DNA of 58,887 nt, the filler included, from Asterionella formosa (Eukaryota): NCBI GenBank assembly GCA_002256025.1. It is 10 parts of 10 records of this genome, joined end to end, with 100 filler letters (N's around TTAATTAATTAA, not from the genome) between each part and the next. Parts side by side here need not be neighbours in the genome. Positions count along the whole stretch, not along the records: positions 1 to 5,816 come from NKIB01012915.1; positions 5,917 to 11,729 come from NKIB01012916.1; positions 11,830 to 17,641 come from NKIB01012917.1; 7 more parts are not named here. One strand, written 5' to 3'. Shown here piece by piece: positions 1-11,833 of the stretch; positions within the stretch are counted from its first letter, which is position 1; each line of letters opens with the position of its first letter. Under the pieces are notes generated by a model. It was given only the letters and a program-made list of their open reading frames with translations. It made no database searches and had not been told where the DNA came from. A program made the position numbers and the translations under genes.

Positions 1-151
1 AGCCTGTGATGCAGGTGCACAAATGAGTCCAGCCTCCTCTTCAAGCCCTTGATTCCAAGACGATGAATCATATCCTTAAATCAGCAGCAGGAGTTGATGA
101 TGCGAACATTCGTGTGTGAAGTTGTGTCAATATGTATTTTGATATGATTGA

Positions 152-428
152 TGTTGGAGAAATTATTTTAGGAAAGAAAAATCCCGGCATGAATTGCCTA
201 CTACATATTGAATCGAATGAATCAAAAACGAATATGGTACCAGAGAAAACTCGGAATTAGAAAACAATCTACTTCACCAGTAAAACCTATAATTCTACTA
301 AAACTCTTAAGAACGATTACAATCAATTACTGCAACATTGTTGTTCATATCTACAGCCCATTTGGTCCCTGACATGTCCTTACAGGATACAAGAAAGCAA
401 TAGAGGGCTTCGGGACGCAATTTCAAAA
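152..428 (+). repeat. 5' LTR
   Basis: Begins TGTTGG. By manual alignment it is about 93% identical to 4870-5149. The terminal CA is mutated to AA. Confidence 0.95.
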
Positions 429-564
429 GTTTCAGTAGAATTAGCCGGCCAGGAAGAGCTGCTGTAATATTACAATCAACAACAGGTGGACTGTTGAGAG
501 TGCGGAGACAAGATCTGAGGGTACCAGACCATCCAGAGTCTGAAGAAGTCGCACAAGGCGCATC

Positions 565-3500
565 ATGAGTGGCAAAGGAAAGTTTTCCAAGAAGGCTCAG
601 GCCAAGGGCAAGTTTCAAGCCAAGGGAGGGAGCAATATTGCTTCTCAAACCATCAAAAAGTCAGTTAATGACTATAACTACTACCTAACAGCAAAGCAGG
701 CATCTGATTATGAGACTACTACTGAGTACCTCATCAACTACATCAATAAAGTGTTTGACTATGGCAGTGACATAGGAATGGTGCTAAAGTTGGTAGAACA
801 ATTTATCACATCAGCATGGAAGCCAAGAATGCAAGTGAGCATTGCAACAACTTAAGAAGATCGTGCTGCAGAGAATCGGCAATATGAGATCAAGTTTAAG
901 GCAGATGATGACACCTACTACAGTAAAAAGGGTACAGGCCTACGAAAACAACAATACCAAGGCATATGCGTTGCTCTGGGAAAGATGCAACAAAGCCATG
1001 AAGAACAAGATCAAAGCAAGATCCAATTACAATTGGATCGAAAATAACCCAATACCATTGCTTATGGCAATTAAAGAACACGCATTGAATTTTCAAGAGA
1101 ATCGATATTCAATGCCAATTATTTTAGATGCAATGAGAACGCTTTTACATACAAAGCAAAAAAGGAGAAAGTCTACAAGACTACACCAAGAGGTTTCGGG
1201 TGGCATGAGATGTGCTCAAGTCACACATTGGAGGACCCATTATACTCACCAAGTTTGGTGAAGCCATGAAAAGGTAGAACAAGACAGTCATCAAGCTACG
1301 AGATAAATTTCGCAAACAAGCTTTCAGTCAATTTATGGCCTATTTATACCTCAACAATGCTGATAAGGCCAAACATGGATCAATTATGACCGGGCTGAAC
1401 ACTCAACAGTCACTCAGCAATTATCAATACCCAAAGAGTATCACCAAATCCAATAATGTTCTCAGTAACCACAGGTTCGACATAACAAATAAGCGCAACA
1501 GTCACAAGAAACCAGGAGATCACAATAAAGACAGGGAACAAAAGGATGCAGAGAAGGATGATGAAGATGTGAACTTATCGTTTGCACAGTTAGAAGGAAA
1601 ATGTTACTGCTGTGGAAGAGCCGGACATAAATCACCAACATGTCGCGATAAGAATAAACCCAAAGAGGAATGGGCGATCAACAAGGCCCAACAAAGCCAT
1701 GCACAGGCACAGGCTGCTACATTGGACACAAGTACGGTTATCTCTGTTAATTCCAACAACCCACCGTCATCACAAGCTTCACAACAAGCAAATGTCAATC
1801 AAGTTGGATGGGCGGGAGCTCATGTCAAACTGCAATTTTACCAAGCATCCGAGATGCGTGACTGGATACTATTGGATAATCAATCAAGTGTCACAGTCTT
1901 TTGCAATCCAAAAATGGTTGAAAACAATTAAATGTCAACCAATGGAAGCATGCACCTGGCCACAAATGGTGGATCCATGGTCACTATTATGAAGGCTGAT
2001 CTTCCACAATGGGAAGAAGTATGGTTTAATGAGAAGGCAATCACAAACATCTTCAGTTATGCCGAAATGGCAGATAGGTACAGGACTACGTATGATTATG
2101 AAAAAGACGATGCATTCATTGTTCATTTGCCTGACAAACCAGTTCGATTCGAAAGAATTGGGATGAACTTAGATGTTTTCGAGACTCCTACAACAATTAA
2201 GGCGGAGAATGGTGATCTAATGTTAAATACAGTTGAAGAAAACAAAACACTCTACACTGAACATCAATTTGAGAGAGCCAAGCGAGCTTGTAATCTATCT
2301 CATGCCTTGGGCACACCATCAATTAATGATTTCAAGGCTTTAATTCTTATGAATACGATCAACAATAATCCAGTGACTACCGATGATATCAAAATTGCAG
2401 AGAAAATTTTTGGACCTGACACTGGGACATTAAAAGGCAAGACAACTTGTTGCAAGCCACTGCCAGTCGTGAATGACTACATCGAGATTCCTAAAGAGCT
2501 TATCAGAGCTCAACGCAAAGTGACTCTTTGCATGGATGGATTGAAAGTGAATGGACAATCATTTCTTACAACAATTTCTCGAACATTATGTATAAGACAG
2601 CGCAATGGGTCAAGAATCAGACAGCAGATGTCTATCGAGATTCTTTGACTCAGGTATTCCATATTTACAATACCAGAGGATTTAAAATTACAACAATCCA
2701 CTGTGACAACGAGTTTCGACCTTTGATGGAACAAATTTCCAATAAATTCCAAGTCACTATGAACTACGCAAACCCACAAGAACATGTTCCTGAAGCGGAA
2801 CGAAATAATCGAGTGATTAAAGAACGCGTACGCGCAGCTTATCATCGATTATCTTTCAAACATTTGCCACGACTTATGATCAAGATTCTAGTCACAGAAT
2901 CTGCAAAGAAACTGAATTTCTTTCCGTCAATAACGGGATATCCCCATATTACAGTCCTTGTATGATTTTACATCAACGAAACCTGGACTATGCTCGACAT
3001 TGCCAGTATACATTTGGCACTTATGTCCAAGCACATGAAGAACCGGTGTTCTCAAACAATAATGCACCACACAGCCTAGATTGCATTTATCTACGCTACA
3101 ATGACAACAAGCAAGGAGGTAATGAATTATTACACCTACCTACAAATTCATTGATCACTAGACAAACAGTTACTCCTCTACCACTTACCCCAGCAATCAT
3201 AAATCAAGTACATGCGCTTGCTGTGCAGGAAAATACGCCAGACGATCTCAAGATATCTAATCAAAAGGAACAACTATTTTATGATAGTGCTTGGATTGCA
3301 GGAGTGGATTATGATAATGAAGCATTTGAAGATGCACAAGATGAAGATTATGAAGATCAAGACGCTAGTGACAACGAAAGCAATGATGAAATTCTCAGAG
3401 AAGAAGACTATGATGAAATGAATCCAGATGAAATGTATGAAGCAATACAGCTTGAATTAAACAACAAGATCCAAGAGGATGACCCTGAACCTGACGAGGG

Positions 3501-4847
3501 CAACAATGAGAATAATATTGAAATAAATGCAGATGAAATCTAAGATGAGGATGAAGAACTGGCAAATGAAACTGAAAATGAAGAGGCAATGTTAGAAGTC
3601 AATCCAAGCACCACTGAGGATGACTCAGACCCAAATGTTAGAACTACAAGGTCTGGAAGAGTCTCAAGACCACCATCAAAACTTACTATGGTCCAAAATC
3701 ATTTGCATACCCAAGCACACTGTCGAGAAGAATACACGACTGATAATGCGAAAGTGATCGCAATGACAATGTGTTATATGAATGAGATGTTTATCGATAA
3801 AGAAGCATTCCACTTTGTTCAGTCATACAGCTTAAGAAAAGTCCTCAAGAAATTTGGCCAGAATGGAAGAGACGCTGCGTATAAAGAAATGAAACAACTA
3901 CATGATAGAGTTGTATTTGAACCGACTAGGATTGAAGACCTAACAGAGATCGAAAAGCCACGCGCAATGGAAAGTCAAATGTTTTTGGTTGAAAAAAGAG
4001 AGAAGAGTATTAAAGGCAGAGCTTGTGCCAATGGCAGTTCGCAACGTGAATGAATGGAAAGCGATGAAGCAGCTAGTCCTACTAGTACTACCATGACGGA
4101 ATCTTTCATGATAACAGCAAAAATTGATGCAAAGCAAATCGTGATGTTATGACAGCAGATATACCCAATGCATTTGTGCAATTGGATATCGATGAGAAAG
4201 AAAAAGGGGTACGAATCATTATGAGGATTGAGTGTTCACTTGTCAATATGTTGACAGAACTCAGCCCCAAGACTTATGAAAAATATGTTGTTTATGAAGG
4301 AAACAACAACAAGGTCCTCATGAATTTCTTGAAAGCAACTCAGAATGAGGTTGCATCAATGAGTGCTGATGAAACTCAGAGCATTAAATGGTATGTTGAT
4401 GTGGCGTTTGCTGTACACAAAGATTTAAAAGTCTCTCAGGAGCTACGTTGTCACTTGGAAATGGAATTATTTGTTCTATGTCTATGAAACAGAAAGTGAA
4501 CATTAGATGTTCGACTGAAGCAGAATTGGTTGGTGTTGATGACATTGTATCAAAAGTGTTGTGGACGAAATTATTTATTGAAGCACAAGGACACAAGGTG
4601 ACTACAAATGTCATTTACCATGACAACACTAGCGCAATGAAGCTAGAAGAAAATGGAAAAGCAAGTTAGGAAAACGCACGCAACATTCCAACATCAAGTA
4701 TTTTTTTACATTACTGATCTTATTGAAAGAAAGGAAGTACAAATTAAGTACTATACAATGGATGCAATGTTAGCAGACTACATGACAAAACCACTGGTTG
4801 GAACGAAATTTATTCATTTTCGTCAGCAAATTATGAATTCAAAGTGA
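565..4847 (+). pseudogene. copia gag-pol polyprotein, with frameshifts and stops
   Basis: Motifs spread over many frames: Zn knuckle CYCCGRAGHKSPTC, protease WILLDNQSS, integrase IHCDNEF...PEAERNNRVIKER, RT N-part KGRACANG...ADIPNAFVQ, and RNase H WYVD...STEAELVGVDD...ADYMTKPL. Confidence 0.95.
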
Positions 4848-4869
4848 GCATCCGTGTCCAGCAGGAGTG

Positions 4870-5149
4870 TGTTGGAGAAATTATTTTAGGAAAGAAAAAT
4901 CCCGGTATGAATTGCCTACTACATATTGAATCGAATTAATCAAAAACGAATATGGTACCAGAGAAAACTCAGAATTCGAAAACAATCTACATCGCCAGTA
5001 AAACCCATAATTCTACAAAAACTCTTGGTAACCACGATTACAATCGATTACTGCAACATCGTTGTTCATATCTACAGCCCATTTGGTCCCTGATGTGTCC
5101 GTACAGGATACAAGAAAGCAATAGAGGGCTTCAGAATGCAATTTCAACA
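4870..5149 (+). repeat. 3' LTR
   Basis: TGTTGG...TTCAACA followed by the TSD ATTGA. Confidence 0.95.
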
Positions 5150-5816
5150 ATTGAAGGATGAGCGAATCTAAATTTAAATAAATGAGGATATGGTTTACCT
5201 ATGTAGGCTACCGGTACCGGTAATTCTTGTATGTGTACATAACAAATGCCTATATACTCCGAGGACATGGTAAACAGCTATTTTGTCCAAAAAAGGTCGA
5301 TCTGTTGACACTTTCACGTACGGTATATCGGTATGTATCGATCATACCTGTACAAATGAATGTTCAGTGTCGCTCGTATGCACATAGAGAAGCAAGCGCT
5401 ACGAGGTACCAGGTACATGCTCAGCTACAGATGGATCGTTTCAGATTTGTCAACCAAGATGTAGAGAAATTCGTTACAAAACGTGTTATTCGACGTACCG
5501 TATAGAGGTTCAAAGCAGTTTTTCGGTGGAACCAGGTACCATGACAATGACATCCCCTGATGCTTCTAGTGCCACCAATGTGAATTTTAGTTTGAATGAA
5601 AATGAAGCTCTTGCCGCTGACAACCCCGTGCCAAGGCAGAGGCGAGGATCGCCGCTTGTCGTTGTAGCTGTAAGTGCCATCCGAAATCACAGTGTTCCGT
5701 TGTGTCCAAAGCTAAATACCTCATGCCTTCCAGGTGCGATCCCAAGAGGCCGCAAATCGCTACAGTGGGAGGCTCGTCCATTACTTTCGTCAGCTCTGCT
5801 GTCGCTCGTCGTCCCA

Positions 5817-5916
5817 NNNNNNNNNNNNNNNNNNNNNNNNNNNNNNNNNNNNNNNNNNNNTTAATTAATTAANNNNNNNNNNNNNNNNNNNNNNNNNNNN
5901 NNNNNNNNNNNNNNNN
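5817..5916. other. artificial contig linker N44-TTAATTAATTAA-N44 (also at 11730-11829, 17642-17741, 23551-23650, 29456-29555, 35355-35454, 41242-41341, 47125-47224, 53007-53106)
   Basis: Identical 100-bp spacer with stops in all six frames. The flanking contigs are sorted by length. Confidence 0.99.
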
Positions 5917-6071
5917 TGATCACGTAATATAGTGATGATCAGGAATGCATGCATGATACTCTGATCAAATAATGAACGTGATGTATTCAGATAATATATA
6001 GATATATTCAAGTAAGCATTTTGATGTATTCAACTAATTCATGTGATCCATTCAAAATCAACTAGGCTTAT

Positions 6072-6624
6072 TTACGTGATGGTCACTTCATGTAATACGC
6101 GGCTTAGATGTACTGTTGTCTCTTGAACTTTGTTGTTCCTTTCATCATTATCATCTTCGCGATTTTCATCGACTTTGAATTCCTCATCATTAATTGATGA
6201 ATGTTTGTGATTATCATTATCATTATCCAATTCAATGTCTGATTCATTGACATTGAAAGATCTAGGGTATATCCTCTGTGACAAGCTGTCTCTCTTCAAA
6301 AGTCAAACAATCAAAGCAACAGTGAAAGCCTTCTTCGCATTTTTGTATCCAGAAACTTTGTATCTGACGCAAATTTTTCGGAGAACCTTGACCAAGATCT
6401 GCTTCATTGCAACACCTTTGATGAAAATCACCTGTGTCCTTTCACTATCAATCCCAAAGTCATCAGGAAGTATGAGGGAGTCAACAAATCGATCAACTTC
6501 AGTATCTATAGCAAGAGACTGCATTGCATTGTTGAAGGTGGTGGGTCGATCTTGATATACAGTGGTCTCCACATCAACAGTTGTTGATTGCGTTTGTGTG
6601 ACTGGTTCCATATGCGGTTCCATT
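6072..6624 (-). pseudogene. interrupted ORF of unknown function, probably TE-derived
   Basis: Two collinear ORF pieces (…LRKICVRYKVSGYKNAKK… / KRDSLSQRIYP + acidic tract) separated by a stop. They sit next to a GATACC repeat cluster. Confidence 0.35.
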
Positions 6625-6884
6625 TGCCTTGCTTGTAGTATCTTCAGGGAGATTCCAATGACTGATCTGTAGTAACAAATACACAAAAACACTTGGGAGT
6701 TATAAGATCGCCATTATAAGTAAGTGGCAAGTATAAGTTTTTGTCTGGTACCATATAATTGTATCAATGGTGTTGCTTGGACGATGTACGCAGCCAGCAT
6801 AAAATTGAAGGAATAGTATATGCCATTAATATTTTGAGCGGTGCCTTGCCTTGCAGGCTTATTTTCGGTTATTTTATTAGTGAC

Positions 6885-7141
6885 AACGGAAATGATACCC
6901 ACGTGAAAACATCAGTAGTATCACTGATACCGTTTTTGGAGGGGGCAAAAAAAGGTATCAATTTTGTATCAATGATACAAAATTGATACCATCAAGTTAC
7001 CGTTGCTGATACCGTGTTTTGATACCAACCTTCCTTTTTTGCCCGCAACCCGGAAATGATACAGCAAATTCGGAATGATAAGAATGACCCTAAGTCACAA
7101 GCCATTTGTATCATTATTTATACGCAATGATTTTGGTAGTT
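6885..7141. repeat. cluster of GATACC/GGTATC short repeats ending in a CACTA-like terminus (putative DNA-transposon subterminal region)
   Basis: Several TGATAC(C) copies in both orientations. The minus strand reads (A)ACTACCAAAATCAT from 7141. Confidence 0.4.
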
Positions 7142-7256
7142 AATTATTCAAGCCGCTTTTTTGGGCGAGAGTTCTTCATGTATACATCATATGATCATAA
7201 CATTTTATCATATATACTGAGTACCAGCAGTAGCAGGTAGGAAGTGATATACTGGG

Positions 7257-7489
7257 GGTAGTCGGAGTAGTAAGCAAGCAACAGAACACCATATGTTCAG
7301 GACTGTTGCTACTGCAGTGGGATAGTAAATCATCATATTTTTAGGATTGTATGATTGTAAAATTGAAAAAGAATACCGGTAGTCAGAGTAGTAAGCGAGC
7401 AACAGAACACCATGTGTTCATAACTGTTGCTACTGCAGCGGGACAGTAAATCATCATAGTTTCAGGATCATATGATTGTAAAATTGAAA
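7257..7489 (+). repeat. two-copy ~121-bp tandem duplication
   Basis: ggtagtc(g/a)gagtagtaagc..aacagaacaccat..actgttgctactgcag..gtaaatcatcata..tatgattgtaaaattgaaa at 7257 and 7378. Confidence 0.9.
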
Positions 7490-10400
7490 GCAAGATATGC
7501 CATTACTCAAACTCAGTTATGATTTTGTATATGATAATGTAAATAGCAATGTTGGTCTTATGGTATCATAACTAGTCATCGTAAAATATTATATGCATGT
7601 AGTGGCTGATGATTCATTTCATTGTAGCTAGCAACACCTGATTTTAAGATCATCAAACTTAAGACAACAGTTATCTAGTGGTACAATGTCTTCAAAAAAC
7701 CATAAAGAGGTTCATGGAAACAAGCGACTTGTGGCAAATACTGCCAGTATGGAACAAAGAAGCAAGTACCAAAATGAGTTAACAAAGAAAAAGCGAATCG
7801 GCGATTATCCAAAGGAACCCAATTGGCAACAGGGAGTTAGTGGGTGTACTACGACCCCATCGTAGATGGGGACACCATCAGCTACACAGGATCCCCTAAT
7901 CGATACTGAAAGCTATGAAGACGTTTCTTCTTCAGTTGTTGCTACAAGAAGAATGGCTCCTGTTGATGATACAATTAATAATTTCCGGATGCAGATGGAC
8001 GACATGGTTCCATATCATAAATTTCTAATCGCACAGACCAGCAAGTACATGACAAACTAAGGGAAAATCATTTTGCACTTGCCAAAGGATATAATCAATT
8101 GGTCAATGAACTCAATCACTACAAAGGTTGTAATTCGGTTCAAAACTCGTCCATACAAATTTATCAAGAATCTTCTACTTCAGCAGCCTTTTCAGAATGT
8201 CGTTCTCGCTTAGCTAAAATTGAGCCATCAATTGTCACAAAGGTTGTGAGTTTTATTTGCTTTCAAGACCAAGAAGTTTTGCTGTGAACATGTAAGTTTG
8301 ATGTTATAGTTCGTGAAATGCAGGTACTGTAAAAAAGATTATCAATTAAATGTGTTTTTTCTGGTCCCAAAAGAGAATCAAACATCCTGCCTTATCTGGT
8401 CCAAGTAGTATGAAAGGCATTTCCAATCACAAAAAGGATTGGTTTGCCCAATGTTGACCTGCCTAACTCAGCTATACACAGTGAAACCGGAGTTAGGCAA
8501 AGAAGTGGAGAGTGACCCAGAGCTTGCCGACTTCCAATGAATCAGACCATTGAACGTATCAACAAGGCATGTTTAGATTAGCTACATCTAATCAACATTT
8601 GGTGTCATGTGCATTAAAAAGTTGAGAGAATGTCAGAATGTATTGAATATTCAATGTAGTTTAAAGGAATCTTAGGTAAGTTCTTGCAGGGAGATGCTCC
8701 GAAGAAAGCATGATGTTTTGATTTGGTGATTATATTCTTATCAAATATGGTTTGAATTTTAAAATGCTAACATAATTCATGATACACCAGCTGGTCTAAC
8801 AGAATATAGTTAACTTCCAGACTATGGATATTGATGACTTTATTAGGTGGGCGTTCACGCTTTATCGTTTTGCGCAGTCAAAGGACTTTGACAGGGGAAG
8901 CAAAGGATACCAAGTCTGGCGTGATGTTCTTGCTCCAGTGTATTTTATAGGCAGGACAAGCCGTGGAGAGCCATTTTTAACAGGAGACAAATCTGGTGTG
9001 ACCAAATTTCAACTAAGTCTTCGGGCACAATGTGAATTGCAATCACGTTTTGTTGGTTCGCTGATCAATGCAAGTACAGAAGCCTTTTGCTTCTTGGTGC
9101 TGAAAGGAAAATTCCGATTGCAACAAAAATATTTGGGTTTCAATTCAGATACGCAGGAAATTTCAGAGAACGAGTGATATTCGTCATTCTACTGATTTTG
9201 TCGACATTGGTGGGAAACCACTAATCAAAAAAGTGTGAGGGAAGAAAGTTTAGTTTCAAATGGTCTCACTGATCAATGGACTGATGATTTACTCGGTTAT
9301 TAGGTTATTATAAGGAAATCTACACTGGCCTTTCACAAAAGAATCGATCTGAATATGGAAGGAAGAATCCTAGTGGAATCACTACTTCCACAACAAATAT
9401 CATCTACCCACACTCATACTTCTCATTTCCCAACGTAAGTGAAGAGGATATGCATCAATATGCATGTTGAACCACTTCAACCAAATGTTCCTGAGAAGAA
9501 TATTGATTACAATGACCGCATTAATCAAGGGGACATTGATGACGACGTTGATTTTGAATGGATCTAATAGAATCCAATGCATACTTAGTAGTTACATAAT
9601 AAATATAGTAAGTGTGAGACTTCTACAATGCAAACCATATCATAGATGTAAGAAAATTGATGCTGCTCTATACTACTATTAGTTCCGCCTGTACTATATG
9701 TAGCGGTATACCTCCATTTTTACTACTATGGTGGAGTGATGGAAATTTTACGACTCCGTATTGTCCAGCACAGCATGCATGGTAAGCAAGTGAAATGTTT
9801 TCTTGCCTTCTGCTGATATTGTTTGCTGTTGCTTGTTGTGGATCTCCTCTCCTATTCTCCTTCGTCTTTGTTCGGAATTGTTAGCGCAAGCATCGCTTTT
9901 TTGTCATGAATTAAAAAAGGGCTTGATTGTGTGCTTGTTAGTTGTTGATCACGGACTTACTCTGCAAACCGCCGCTGTTCTTTGCTTGCCTACAGACAAT
10001 CAATCTGTTGAGCAAGGGTTTTGCTGGGAATCAGGCGGCATGGTAAGCACAACGAAAACGATGCCTTTTGTTTTAACAATTTTTTGTTTATGAACTCACT
10101 CTGTGACTGTTGTTCACTGATTGCAGACAATCAATTTGACGAGGGCTGGGTTGGCCATTGGGGAACATGGTAAGGAGCACAACAGAACCGAAATCATGGC
10201 TTCACAACTTTTGTTTTCTCATCAACTCACTCTGCAAATTTTGCCCTCTTTCTACAACAGACAATAAATTTGAGCAATGAGAATGAGCAGCTGGCTCATT
10301 TGCTATGAATTGATCTACCGGTAGTAGTAGTAACAGGGACTCCTGCAAGAAGTATGAGTAGCCAAGCAATCTTGCGATTTGTTACAGCATCCGGCTGCAA

Positions 10401-11833
10401 GAATGAACATCCATTGCTTGTCGTATTAGTTTGAGAATCGCGTTTTATAGAAATTATTAATATAAACTATATAGCAAAGCTATTACTTTGATTCATTTTG
10501 CGACTGTAGAATTAAATTGAGATGTTGATTGGTTACACATAATTATTTGTTTGACTAAAATATATATTTGATTAACCTTGAGGTATTAGTGTGATCAAAA
10601 TTAAGATTAAATGGGAGTGAACAAACAGAATTAATGGTAGTCAGAGTGAAGAATATTTGTGAACGGACATTTTGCGAATTGTAGAGAAAAGTAGCGTACT
10701 TTTGAGATTATTCCTGAACAAATTTTTCTTTGTTTCGCCAAAAAATATTGTCAGTTGGCCCAAAAAATTATGTGGGTTTCTAAAATGATTATGGAAGTTG
10801 TCAAAACCTTTTAATTCACTCCATTCATATACATTGTATGATGCATCATATTTTTTATGTGATGTCATACCCTTAAATTATGTACATAGCTAAATTTGTC
10901 ATATTGGGCCACCAAAATAATTAATTTGGGTGATCATATTTTTTGGCAGCTGTACCAGTAATCAGCATTGTAGATGTAGTTAAGAAAGCCAAAAGAAAGA
11001 AACGAGTTTGAGGAGCTGCAAAGAAATGTCAGGACCGCAATGGGATCATTGCAACCTGATAACCATGAATTCGCGAGCGCATGACAAGAAAGTGGGCACC
11101 GACTGAATATGCATAATTTCGAATGGGGTCTTTGGCTAAAGAAGACGACCTGAGTTACCGGTACCGCTCTTGCTCCAGGAATGCTCGATGACGACTACCG
11201 GTACGGACATTCGGTCGACTTACAGAAGTATGTCCGTACATATGTGGTACAGTTGGTTCGAATGGGGGCGTCTCGCAATCGAGGTACCGGTACCGGTATT
11301 AACCATCATTTGCTTTGAAAACTTTTGAACGATGATTGCTTACATACGTATATGTATGTCATATACAATATGGAGCTATTCAAATACTGCACGGTAAATC
11401 AATAACACAAACAATTGTCACCGTTGCTTCCGTTTGTTTCAGCTGCTGATGTTTCGGAGCCTTCATCACACAAGGATTTACCGGTACTTGTTCATCGATT
11501 GAAGAGAAGAGCTCTCGTATCAGCACACAGCACATCAATCGCAATGATGCAGGAATCGCAAGTGGTCCGAGGAACGGTAGGTCACCGAAATCATCTGAAT
11601 TATCGGACGCGAAGTGTTACACATAATCCATTAGCTAATACTCCCATGCAATGCTTCTTCGACGCAGTCCCCGCGCAGATCTTTCGGCACGGAGCTTACT
11701 TCCTCGGTAGTAGGAAACCGCTGCAGTCCNNNNNNNNNNNNNNNNNNNNNNNNNNNNNNNNNNNNNNNNNNNNTTAATTAATTAANNNNNNNNNNNNNNN
11801 NNNNNNNNNNNNNNNNNNNNNNNNNNNNNTTGA

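Larger units (their letters stand above)
152..5149 (+). mobile_element. Ty1/copia (CoDi-like) LTR retrotransposon with both LTRs, decayed, RT internally deleted
   Basis: Paired LTRs at 152-428 and 4870-5149. A 5-bp TSD ATTGA lies at 147-151 and 5150-5154, and a short purine-rich tract (cagcaggagtg) precedes the 3' LTR. Domain order is gag-PR-IN-RT-RNaseH. Confidence 0.97.

Noticed and set aside
5526..5816. ORF running into the contig end
   Set aside because: Short, no recognisable motif and truncated. It cannot be supported as a gene.
5817..5916. Regularly spaced TTAATTAATTAA palindromes every ~5.9 kb
   Set aside because: These are assembly linkers inside N runs, not biological. For the same reason, gene neighbourhoods across linkers carry no meaning.
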